Assembly: GCA_963845755.1 (NCBI GenBank)
Contig: CAWJTV010000009.1
Location: forward strand, 128,001-192,000
DNA: 64,000 nucleotides
Direction of reading: 5' to 3'
Source: an uncultured Planctomycetota bacterium
GTDB taxonomy: Bacteria > Planctomycetota > Planctomycetia > Isosphaerales > Isosphaeraceae
Position numbers and translations under genes: made by a program. The notes below the pieces were generated by a model, which was given only the letters and a program-made list of their open reading frames with translations, did no database searches and was not told the origin of the DNA. Every line of letters starts with the position of its first letter. Positions within the stretch are counted from its first letter, which is position 1. Positions 20,639 through 31,577 of this stretch are shown in pieces.

Positions 20639-21890
20639 TCAGGTTTCCTCGGGAAGCGCCGCGAGCAGTTGTTTCAACACGCCGATTTCCAGCGGCTTGA
20701 CTATGTGATAGTCAAAGCCGGCTTCCCGGGAGCGACGGCGGTCTTCCTCCTGCCCCCAACCGGTCTGAGCGACCAACACGACGCGCCGGAGTTCCGGTTG
20801 CTCGCGGATTCGTCGGGCCACGTCATATCCGTTGATCCCCGGCAAACCGATGTCCAACAGCGCGAGATCCGGGACGAAGGCCGCCGCGGCATCCACCGCG
20901 CTGGGACCGTCGTAGGCGACGTAAACCTCGTGTCCGAGCATCTCCAGCAGTCGCGCCAGGCTCTGAACGAGATCCGTATTGTCGTCAACAACCAGGACAC
21001 GCCGCCGCTGGGCGGGGACCGACTGGACGGCGTCTTTGAGAGTGCGAGGCGCGGAAGGCGGGTCGGGGCGAGCGAGCGGCAGTCAACCGATGAATTCGCC
21101 GCCTTGACCGGGACCGGCGCTGCGTGCTTCGACAGTGCCCTCATGCAGGTCAACCAGATTCCGAACCAGCGTCAGGCCCACCCCGAGTGCGGCACGACAA
21201 CGTTCGAGGGAACGATCTCCCTGGGTGTACATGGTGAAGATCCGCGGCAGCAGGTCCTCGGGAACACCAACACCGTTATCGCGCACTGAGATCACGATCT
21301 GCTGTCGCGCCATGTCGGGTTCCACAGGCAGGTCGATCTGACCGCCTGCTTCCGTAAACTCTGCGACATTGTTCAGGAGGTTCACCAGCGCCTGGCCCAT
21401 CCAGGCTGGGTCAGCGTACAGATAGAGCGTTTCAGGAGGCAGGATGACCGTCAGCCGGTGCCGCCGTGCCTCGATCAACGACCGGCTCGACCCGACCGCC
21501 GTGGTCACGACCGTGGCGAGGGCAACACGCTGCTTGCGCAGGCCGACCTTCCCCTGGACGGAGTGGGAGACGTGCAGCAGGTCATCCACGATTGGTGCCA
21601 GTTGTTGGGTCTGCCGGTCCAGAATCTCCCTGGCCTCCGCGATGCTGGCGAGTTCTCCGTCGGCCAGCTTGATGATCTTTACGGCGTTACGAATCGGTGC
21701 CAGAGGATCACGCAACTCCTGCGCCGATCTCGCGCGGAATTCGTTCTTGCGCCGGTCTGCCTCCGTGCACCAGCGCGCCCGAGGAACCGCCCGCCCGTCG
21801 GGCGTAGACGTCGAGCATGTGCAACTCGCGTTGCGACGGCCGGTGGGCTCGCCGAAAATACGTGGAGAGCACAGCTAGCACATGGTCCGA
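20639..21890 (-). pseudogene. Degenerate hybrid sensor histidine kinase/response regulator
   Basis: H-box reads SAQELRDPL (His lost), N/G boxes are eroded, in-frame TGA at 21083-85 (EFIG*LPL) precedes the REC domain VLVVDD..DIGLPG..VKP, and the GAF remnant is 5'-truncated. Confidence 0.8.
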
Positions 21891-21945
21891 CTGGTTTCTC
21901 CGCCGGTTAGAGCGTCTATCACTGGGGTTGCGCATTCACCCTACA

Positions 21946-22012
21946 AACCCGAAGCGCCAGCGAGTGAGTTCCCGCTGGAAACCCGCAATCCACTCGCTGG
22001 CGCTTCGGGCTT
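21946..22012. repeat. REP (aacccgaagcgccagcgag family)
   Basis: Inverted pair cccgaagcgccagcgagtg / cactcgctggcgcttcggg. Confidence 0.85.
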
Positions 22013-22060
22013 ATAAAGGACCCATGCGGTCGTCGTGTGGTCCATCCGTCTGAAAGCGAT

Positions 22061-23578
22061 CTAGGATTCCTTCTTCGCCGCCCGGATGGTATCGAGGACG
22101 GTCAGGGTCACTGTGATCGCCTTCTGGATCCGCGCCAGCCTCCCGCCGTCGTCGCAGCGGACTTCCAGGCCGGCAAGGTCCTGGAGTAAAGCGACCAGCC
22201 GGTTCTTGTACTCCCGGCGCCCGTCGGCGTTCAGGAAGGGCTCCATGAGATACAATGCCGGCCCCGGAGCGGTGCCGAACAGGTCGGTCAGATGCAACTC
22301 GCCCGGCATGGCTCGGCCCGCCGCGGCGAATTGCGCGGATCCCAACGGCCGAAGTACGCGTCCTCGGCGCGGAGGAACACCTCTACCAGCCGCTTCTGTG
22401 TGGCGAGGTCCCGGGGCCGGTAGTCGAGCGCGATGACTTCGGACAGGGCATCCTCCACGGACCGGCGAGTGTCGGCCAGGATCCTGCCGCCGACGGCGAT
22501 GTTCGCTTCCACGCCAGGGTTGATCACCGGCCCCTGGTAGAACATGCAGCCCCGCGCCCCGTCGTCGTAATGTCGCCGGATCGCGGCGGAGGCCCGTTGC
22601 AGGTAGGGGAGGAAATAGGACAGGCGGTCCCAACGGCCGCAGTGGTAGACCCAGAGTCCGCCCGAGGTCCCGTAATCACAATGCAGTTTCCGGATGAAGG
22701 CCTTCCGCTGGTCCTCGGCGATGAAGGTACCGGTCCAGCCCTGGTCCATGAAGCAGTCAACGTGCCGGCTCAGCTCGATGATCTGGTCCTGCTCGGCCTG
22801 GTCGAAATGGGATCGACCCGAGCCGCCGAGCCAGTTGATAGGAATGCAGGTGACGATCTTACCCGGCCACTTGCGCTTGATGTAATCCGCAGCTCGTATG
22901 TTCAGACGAACATTATAGCCGACCGTGCCGTACTTCGCGCCGCAGTTCGGGCAATGGCACCAGCCGAGATCGGCCGACTCGAGATGCACGCCGCCGAAAT
23001 CGAAGCGGGACAAGGCGGTGTCGAGGATCTTCTCGACATAGCTCCAGGCTTTCTCCGTGGCACCGCACATCACGTGATCCAGCGGTTGGCCGGCCGGATT
23101 CCGGCCGCGCACCGCGGGGTCGGCGCGGATGATCTGGTCATACCCCCAACTGAATAACCCCATCCCGAACAGGAGCTTGATGCCACGCCGACCCGCCTCC
23201 TGGATCAGCCGTTTCACCCGGGCGTTGCGGTCCTTGTCGGCGAACGCGCCGACGATATCCGGCGGATAGCCGTAAGTGGCGAAGAGACCCCAGACATCCA
23301 GGAAATTGAAGCCGGCCCGGCTCTGGACATCCATCGCCGCGAGGACGCTGGACATGGTGACGTCATCGAGATGCGGCGCCGGCCATTGCTGGAGCGGCAG
23401 GGCGTCTCTCCGCATGTCGTTGATCCAGCAACCGAAGGCGATGCGGTACTTGTAGCCGTGGTCCGAAGGCGTATCCGCCCCGCAGACTTCGGAAGTCTGA
23501 CCGTGGTCCGGCGGCCAGCGCGGACCCGGCCAGCGAAGCCGTCCTCAAGAAACGCGCGACGATGCGACGCGAAGACAT
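22061..23578 (-). CDS. Secreted hypothetical protein, possibly glycoside-hydrolase-like (frameshifted)
   Basis: Tat-like N-terminus MSSRR..FLRTASLAG, core with GIKLLFG, DFGGVHLESADLGWCHCPNC. Frame changes near 23470 and 22320. Confidence 0.6.
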
Positions 23579-23748
23579 CTGACACGGACTTTGCCGCCTT
23601 CCCGAAAAGGAACGCCACGATTCCTCAGAACTGCTGGGGCTGCACCCCGGCGATCCGTCTCCATCGGTCCTCGATTCTACGCGGACGAGGTTGCTGATCC
23701 CAGGAGGTTGGAGACCTTCGGGCGCGGGGGGATTGTCGACGCCGGCGC

Positions 23749-26700
23749 TCAATCCGGATCGCCGGCCAGCACGAAGGCGGCCCAGTAGTACGGCGCGGCG
23801 TAGGGGCGGTCATCGTCATCGCCGGGGGGAACCGCGTCGGCGAGCTTGACCGGCTGACGGGCCTTGGTCCCCTTGCCGCGCTCGACGCCTCCCGAGAGTG
23901 CGGCGGCCACCGCCAGCACTTCTGACCGGCGCAGCCCGCGCAACCATACCTTGGCCTCGCGGAGTGCCTCGGCCTTGGACAGCGGGCCGGTGAGTCCGGG
24001 GCGGCGACCCAGCAGGTTGGCGTAGAACCGTTGCATCAAGAGCGCCGTCGCCGTGTCGTCCACCTTCCAGAGCGACAGGCAGACGCTCCGGGTTCCAGAC
24101 ATCAACAACGCCTGGGTGAACCCCACGAACCCCTCGCCGCCCTGATTGCGCCCAGGGCGGTCTCGCAGGCCGAGAGCGTGACCAGCTCGGCCTTCAGCTC
24201 CCAATCGTGCTGGATTTCGCGGACCAGGAGCCGGCCGTCGAAGACCGGCTTGTGACTGAGGGCTTGGTCGAGCGGGTCGGGCAGGCCGGTCTGGGTCAGG
24301 ATCACCGCCGAGTTGGTGGGGATGCCTTCGTCGATCACGCCGTGCGTCGCCAGGTGGATGAAGCCATATCGGCCCAGTTCACCCGATGTAGCCAGGCGGT
24401 TGAGCTCGGGCTCGCTCACGTCGCTTCCCAGCAGGATGTGGGTGGGCCGGTCGTCCGATTTGAAGAGTTGATCTAGCGCGGCGACCTCGTAGCGCGTGCC
24501 CGGCAACGGGGGGAAGTCCTCACCGCCGGATCGGGCCGCCACCAGCACCTGATGCAGCTTGCGCTGCTCGGCGATGGCCGCGGGTGCCGGCCGGGGGTCG
24601 ATCACCACGCCGAGCTTGCCGGCTGCCAACTCGCGCCGATCGATTCGGCCCTCACGCCAGACCTCGACCGGGACGGGCTGACCCGGCTCGGAAGCCGCCT
24701 TCAAGTCTTCAGGCTTATTCAAGGCCGTCCCATTGTAGCTCAGGAGCACATCGCCGGGATTGAGGCCGTGTGCGGCGGCGTTGGAGCCGGGCACGATGAC
24801 CTTGACCAGCAGGCCGTGGTCGGGCAGCGGCTGAGGCTGGTTCGATTGGGCGGGCGGCTCGAAGACCGGGTCGCCCACGGCCAGCAAACCCGCATGGCGG
24901 TCCGGACGGGGCTGTTCGCGCAGGTACTTGAAGACGGTGGCTGAGGGGGCGTAGCTGACGGTCCGGTTGTCGTCGTCGGCCAGGAGTGCCTCGATGGGAA
25001 TGCCCACCAGGTCGCGTGAGGGGAGGACGATCAGCCGCCGGGCTGGCGGCAGGCCCTCGGCCGAGGCACCAAGGGCCTTGGCCAATCGCTCAATGCGTTG
25101 GGTGCGCAATCGCTCGAGGAGTCGCTGGATGTCAGCCGAGCCGGCGCCGGGTCGGCGCCGCAGTTCCGAGCGGATCTGGCCTGCGAGCCCGGTGTCCTCG
25201 TTGGTCCACAGCCCATTCGCACCGGTCCCGGCGATCGGCACCCAGGATGGGATACCCCGCGAGCGGACCACCACGCCCCAGTGTTCGCCGTCGGGGTCGG
25301 CCGCGCTCGGGCCACTCGATGGGATATCAACCCAGGCGACCAACGCGGCATCGGCGGGCAGAGCGGCCTGGATTTCCGGGAGCGTGGCGATCCGGCCCGC
25401 CAGGGCGCCGTATTCCTGGTCGAGCTTGCTCTGAAACTCGCCCAGGGCGATGCTGGCCAGCTCGCGCTGACGCTTCAACTCCTCGAATCGCTTGGCCCGC
25501 TCGGCCTGGTCGAGATTCTTGGGTGTGGATTCCACCAGCTTGTCGAGCCGTTCCAGCTCAATCGTCAATTCGCGGAGTCGGGTGCGCTCACCGGGTGCCA
25601 GCCGCCGGTCGTGGCGTGCGTAAAGCTCGTCGAGCAGGCCGCGGCCCAGGTCCTCTTCCAGGTATTGCCACGCCTCGGCGGGCTGACCGAGCCGGGCCAG
25701 CACGGCGGCCAGGCCAGGGCGCGGTCCCCCCTCTCTCAGGCCTATGCGTTCCAGGCCGGTGAAGGCAACTGGGAGCCTGGCCGTGTCCAGACTTTTCACC
25801 GCACTCAGTAATCGGTCGCGCGCCTCGAGGTACTTCCCCTGGGCGTTGAGATTGAACGCCAGGCTGTGGTAGCTTCGTGAGGTATCGGGGTGATCGTCCG
25901 TGAGGAAGTGGCGACGGATCTCCAGCGCCTTCTCGTAGAGGGGCTGGGCCGCCGCGTATTTCCCCTGGGCCTGGAGATTGGCCGCCACGTTGTTGTAGCT
26001 TGAGGCGGTGTCGGGGTGGCCGTCGGTGAGGAGACGGCGGCGGATCTCCAGCGCCTTCTCGTAGAGCGGCTGGGCCGCCGCGTATTTCCCCTGGGCGTTG
26101 AGGTTGAACGCCACGTTGTTGTAGCTCGTGGCGGTTAGGGGTGGTCGTCGGTGAGAAGGTGGCGGCGGATCTTCAGTGCCTTCTCAGGAGCGGCTGGGCT
26201 GCCGCGATAGTTCCCCTGCGCGTTGAGATTGCCCGCCAGGTTGTTGTAGCTTTCGGCGGTGTCGGGATGGTCGTCGGTGAGGAGGCGGTGGCGGATCTCC
26301 AACGCCTTCTCGTAGAGGGGCTGGGCCGCCGCGTATTCCCCTGCGCGTTGAGATTGTACGCCACATTGTTGTAGCTGAGTGGCGGTGTTGGGATGGTCGT
26401 CGGTCAGCAGTCGGCGGCGGATCTCCAACGCCTTCTCGTAGAGGGGCTGGGCCGCCGCATATTTTCCCTGCGCGTTGAGGATGACCGCCAGGTTGTTGTA
26501 GCTCGTGGCGGTGTCAGGGTGGTCGTCGGTGAGAAGGTGGCGTAGGATCTCCAGCGCCTTCTCCAGGAGCGGCTGGGCTGCCGGATAGTTCCCCTGCGCG
26601 TTGAGATTGCCCGCCAGGTTGTTGTAGCTTTCGGCGGTGTCGGGATGGTCGTCGGTGAGGAGGCGGTGGCGGATCTCCAACGCCTTCTCGTAGAGGGGCT

Positions 26701-27373
26701 GGGCCGCCGCGTACTTCCCCTGCGCGTTGAGATTGTACGCCACATTGTTGTAGCTGAGGGCGGTGTCGGGATGGTCGTCGGTCAGCAGTCGGCGGCGGAT
26801 CTCCAACGCCTTCTCGTAGAGGGGCTGGGCCGCCGCGTATTTCCCCTGCGCGTTGAGGATGACCGCCACGTCGTTGTAGCTCGTGGCGGTGTAAGGGTGG
26901 TCGTCGGTGAGGAGGCGGCGTAGGATCTCGAGCGCCATCTCGAGGAGCGGCTGGGCCTGTGCGTACTTGCCTTGGGCATAGAGGCTTCGTCGCTTGCTCA
27001 TTCAAGGTTTCGGCTGATTGGTAAGCGACTCGATCCTCCTTCGACATCGGGGCAACCCGGCGTAAACCCTTGAGGAGCCACTCCGCACTCACCGTCTCGA
27101 AGTGTTTCGGCCCTTGGAGTCGTCGCCGCAAGGCAAGCAGTTCCTCGGCTCTGGTTATCGCGTCGTCCCAGCGGTCGGCCTGGATGCCACCTCGATGGCC
27201 TTGTCCAGCTCCTCCGCCTTCTTGGCGTCATCGCCGGTCAGCTTCCGCAACGCCGGCGCTGCGGCCTGGGTTTCTTTCGGTGACGTCGTCTGGGCGGTCG
27301 CGGGCCAGGCTGGGAATTCGACCGCGAGTCCGATCAGCAGACCCAAGTGGAACAGGGTGCGAAGCGATTTCAT
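23749..27373 (-). CDS. Secreted TPR-repeat CHAT (caspase-like) protease with PDZ insertion (multiple frameshifts)
   Basis: Signal peptide, about 9 42-aa TPRs, HLATHG and LSACET dyad, [47 protein letters not shown]. Confidence 0.9.
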
Positions 27374-27493
27374 GATGGGCCTCAATCGAAGTCGGACGGG
27401 CTCTCCAGCCGGACGCGGCAGAAGAGTCGTGCTCGAAAACTTGACAGATTGGAGGACGTCGGCTGGAAAGCCTGATCTACATGTGGGACCGAT

Positions 27494-29437
27494 TCACGGG
27501 CCAGCCGCCGGCTCGACCGGGAACGCTTCGAGGGTCACGGCATCGATGCCTGGCAAGCCGCGGAGCCAGATCGCCAGCTTCGCGGCCGGCTCCCCTGAGC
27601 CACGCGTCTTGGAGCCCTTGGCTCGCGTGCCGGCGGGGGCGTTGGCGAGCAGCGGCTGAGGGCCCAGGTCGTCGTTGTGCCACACGACTCCCGGCTCGCA
27701 CGCCAACCCTGCCGCCCACGGCATCGGACCGTGCATCCGCTTCCACTCGCGATACGACGGCAACGGCTTGTGCGACACGACCAGCGCGAAGGCGTACAGG
27801 CCGGCCCCCTCGCTCAGGCGGTACCTCTCGTCGCTCTTCTCGGGGGGCGGATACAGCGGCTGTTGTTTGCGGGGCGGTCGGCGTGTCCTCGTCGTCGGGG
27901 TCGCAGAGCTCGTCGGTGCCGTCGGGGCGGAAGGCGATCAGGAAGGCATAGGCGGGTTCGGAGAGCTCCGCACGCACGGTCACATCGTCGTCCTCGTGGG
28001 CCGCGAACGATTTCGGCCCAGGATCCCGACTCGTGTCCGGTCAAAGTGATTCGCGTCAAGCTTGGGGAAATGGGGGATCTCGAAGCGGGTCACCCGCAGA
28101 TCGGCCTGAGGGTCGGACCTCGGCCTGGACGCTGGTTCCATGACCGCTTGCCGTGCGATCGCACCCGGTCCTGTGAGGTTTTCTCCGATCGTGGCCAGAA
28201 CATCCAGGCCGACAGGAGCAGGATCAGGGATGGCGGTGGTCCCGAGCATCACCTCGGCTGCGGGATCAGCGGGGAACGCTGCAAGGGCGCGGCGCATCGC
28301 GTCGGCCGATGCGAACCGCGATCGCGGGTCGGCCTCCAGGGCCTTCAGACAGATCGCCTTCAGACTCGGGGGACGTCGGCGTTCTCCAGGACCGAGCGGT
28401 CGAGGTCGCAGCGGCGGGCCCGGTCCCACGACTCCTGATACGACTCGGCCTCGAACGGGCCCTTGCCGGTCAGGAGGAAATACAGCAAGCCTCCCAGGGC
28501 GAAGACGTCGGACAATGACCGGATCCGGTCGAGATCGACCCGCGCCTGCTCGGGGGCCATGTACGCGAAAGTACCACCTTCGGATCGCGTGGTGGCATCG
28601 GACCAGGCGTCCTGCTGCCAGGCCAGGCCGAAGTCGATCAGGCGCGGCCGGCCGGTCTCGTCGATCAGGACATTCGCCGGCTTGATGTCCTGGTGGACGA
28701 TCCCGCGTCCGTGGGCGAAGGCGACCGCGCCGGCGACTTCGGCGACCAGGGCCGCGGCCTGTCGTGGCGTGACCGACTGCTCGCGAGCGAACTGGGCCAG
28801 GGTCCGGCCCCGGACGTACTCCATCACCAGGTAGGGGCGGCCCTCGTGGAAATCGAGGTCGTGGATCCGGACGATGTTCGGATGCTCCAGCTCGGCGAGG
28901 CGCTGGCCTTCGGCCACGAGCTCGGAGCGGCCGTTCGCGTCGATCGGTTGGTTGGCCAGCTTCAAGACCAGGTCCCGGCGCAGCTCGGGATGCACGACAC
29001 GAAAGACCTGGGCCTGGCCTGATCGGGGAAATCCCCCGACGACCAGGTACTTGCCGATTGCCGCCGGTATGGGTGTTTCATCGGCGGTGCTCGGTCGGTT
29101 CGGCTCGAGGTCGGCGGGTCGCGGTTCCCCATCCGGCCAGGGCTCGGTCGCGGACGGCAGTGTCTGCGTCGGAGCCGAGCGGGGACTGGCCTTCGGTGGA
29201 GGGAGGCGAGCCGTCGCACGGAGCCGAGCTCGGCTCACGGTCGATCGTCACCGGACCCGACGAAGCTGGGCCCGGATCGATCGCGCGAATGGCCGACAGC
29301 TCGGACCGCAACTGGTCGAGCCGTCCTCGGCAATCGGGACAGTCGTGCAGGTGCGCCCGCCGTTGTTCGGAAACCGGCTCGCCGGAGAGGACCTCCAGCA
29401 GCTCATGTTCCACGGGGCAGCGAATCGATGGGCTCAT
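27494..29437 (-). CDS. Ser/Thr kinase with N-terminal HxxxCxxC zinc motif and C-terminal DUF4384-like domain (frameshifted)
   Basis: AHLHDCPDC, LVLK, HQDIKPAN, IDFG, GTFAYMAPE, SDVFALG, then VRAELSEPAYAFLIAFRPDG. Confidence 0.85.
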
Positions 29438-30062
29438 CCCCCAGCTCCTCGGCGAGTGCGGCACACTCCGTTCGGACGGCTTTCAGGACACGCGAGGCGT
29501 AGACGAAAACGACCTGGGTGGAGATCCCCAACTCGGCGGCGATGGCCGAGCCGGGCCGATTGCGGAGCAGACGCTGCTCGAAGCAGGCCCAGGCGGTCGA
29601 TGACGTGACCGACCGGACCCGCGGCAAGGCTCGTTCCAGGATTTGCCAACGATTGATCTCGTTCAATTCCCGCTCGACCTTGCAGCTCTCCGTCTCGCTG
29701 GCACGGTGGAACCGATTTACCCACTCCTCCTCGACCCGCCGGCGCGCCTTGACCCGCCGGGCCTCGTCGAGCAGGGCGGAATAGGTCAACGTCCAGAGAA
29801 AAGAGCGGAATCGGCCGCGTTTGAGGCCAAGCTCCAACGTCGGCAGCGACCGCAAGAGCCGGATGAACACCTCCTGGATCACGTCATTCGCGTTGTGCTC
29901 CTTGAGGCCCTGATTGCGGAGGTAACGCGCGAGCAAGGGCTGGTAGAAGTGGTAGAACTGGCTCCAGCACGCCTCATCCGTGCGATCGCGGACGCGCGCG
30001 ATCAGTGACGGATTGGTGTGGAATTCCGACTGGTCTGTGTCGGTTTTCTCGGTTTCCGACAT
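29403..30062 (-). CDS. ECF RNA polymerase sigma factor (kinase-associated type)
   Basis: TNPSLIARVRD..W..FY..Y, DVIQEVF, GRFRSFL, region 4 IAAELGIS..VFVYASRV. Overlaps the kinase start. Confidence 0.9.
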   Translation of the reverse strand: MSETEKTDTDQSEFHTNPSLIARVRDRTDEACWSQFYHFYQPLLARYLRNQGLKEHNANDVIQEVFIRLLRSLPTLELGLKRGRFRSFLWTLTYSALLDEARRVKARRRVEEEWVNRFHRASETESCKVERELNEINRWQILERALPRVRSVTSSTAWACFEQRLLRNRPGSAIAAELGISTQVVFVYASRVLKAVRTECAALAEELGDEPIDSLPRGT

Positions 30063-30453
30063 GTGAGGATGGACTCCAAACCGTCCAACCTGGGATTCGC
30101 GGCCTCCTACAACCGGATCGTTATCTTACCTCAGTTCACCGAAGAAAGCGTTCGAAAAACGGCGGATTCCAGGAATCCCACGACGATTCAGATCCGACGT
30201 TCAAGCTCATCCCATGCATTCATACGCTTCATGAGTGACCTTTGGCCTTTCCCCTCCTGATACGCAGGCAACCTGAGAACCTAACGTCGCATCTCGAGCC
30301 CGGAGGCTGGTGCCGTTCTGAGCCGGTCAACGGCCGTAGAAGGCCCCGGTCCACGTTGGCCCGCTCACATCAACTTCATCATCACGAAGATCCAAGAAAG
30401 ACGCTCGCAAGAGGGATCAGCGACCCAGGCGGCTGTTCAAGTGCAGGTCCCCA

Positions 30454-31524
30454 CTACCTCGGCTCCGTCCGATCGCTGGCAAAGAGGACGTACCGGCCAT
30501 CCGGCGAATAAGCGAGCGCCGTGATCTTGTGGTCGAACCCCTCGGGCTCCAGCCGTCTCGGCGGATCGGGGCGACCGCGCAGGACCGAGTAAAGCGCCAT
30601 GCCCCGGGATTCCTCCAGGCCGAAGACGCAACGGCGCGTGCTCGGCGAGTAGACCGGATAATGCAGTTTCACGTCTCGTCCATTTTCCTTCTTCCAGAGG
30701 ACTTCCTTGATCTTGCCGTGTGCCGGGTCGCCCACGTCGATCAGGGCGAGGGTGTCGCCCGCGCCGACGTCCTCCGAGCCGATGGCTGCGACGATGGTCT
30801 CGTCGCCGGCCCAGTTCGGTACTGTGTAAATCTGATGACCGGGGATCCGGAGGACGCGGCTCTTCTCCGGCCTGGCGTCCATGATCGTCACCTCGCGAAC
30901 CGCGGTAAAACTAATGATCATCAATTGGCGACCAAAGGGTGACCATTTGGGAAACCCGTATGACCCCAGCAGGCGACGTTCCAAACCGTCGGCCCGCATC
31001 ATCCACACACCCGATTCGGCGTTTGGCACGGCGCCGTCGTTGAGGAGGAACGAGATGCGATCATTCGTCGGAGAGAAGGTCGGGCAGTTGCCGGGTCCGA
31101 GGTCAGTCAGCACCAGGCGACCTTCGATCAACTCGAGCGCCTTGAGATGCGTCAGGTTGTAGTTGCTCCCCGGCGAGGCGTCGTAGAGGATCTTGCGGCC
31201 GTCGTGCGACCAGGCGGGCGAGCTGCATTGGGTGAATCCGGGATCCGGCTGATCGGCGATCAGAGTCACCTCGCCGTTCGTGACGTCAATCATGTACAGT
31301 CCGAACCGGTCGGCCGCGACCGTCGGCTTCGCGGGGTGTCGCCGGAGCTGCTCGACCAGGAGGCTGACGGCCTTCTCGGGAGTCGGCTCGCCAGCCTTGA
31401 GTTGTCGCCGTTCTGCCGCCTTGGGAGCTTGAGCCGAGTTCGGCTCCTGGGCCTGCATCGGTCTCGAGGCGGCCAGTACGATCGAGAGCCCCAGCAGGGC
31501 CTGGATTCTCGCATTCGTCTCCAT
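30454..31524 (-). CDS. Secreted TolB-like beta-propeller protein
   Basis: Signal peptide METNARIQALLGLSIVLAASRPMQA, repeats PAWSHDG, PTFSP, PKWSP, YSPDG. Confidence 0.85.
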   Translation of the reverse strand: METNARIQALLGLSIVLAASRPMQAQEPNSAQAPKAAERRQLKAGEPTPEKAVSLLVEQLRRHPAKPTVAADRFGLYMIDVTNGEVTLIADQPDPGFTQCSSPAWSHDGRKILYDASPGSNYNLTHLKALELIEGRLVLTDLGPGNCPTFSPTNDRISFLLNDGAVPNAESGVWMMRADGLERRLLGSYGFPKWSPFGRQLMIISFTAVREVTIMDARPEKSRVLRIPGHQIYTVPNWAGDETIVAAIGSEDVGAGDTLALIDVGDPAHGKIKEVLWKKENGRDVKLHYPVYSPSTRRCVFGLEESRGMALYSVLRGRPDPPRRLEPEGFDHKITALAYSPDGRYVLFASDRTEPR

Positions 31525-31577
31525 GGTCAACCTCCTTCTTCGAGCTACCGGGCTCTTGCATTTCTTGCGACCCGATC

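Noticed and set aside
20204..21289. 361-aa plus-strand ORF and similar long antisense ORFs
   Set aside because: Antisense shadows of real genes, expected at this GC content.
25800..26980. 126-bp repeats as a CRISPR or non-coding array
   Set aside because: They encode 42-aa TPR units and have no unique spacers.
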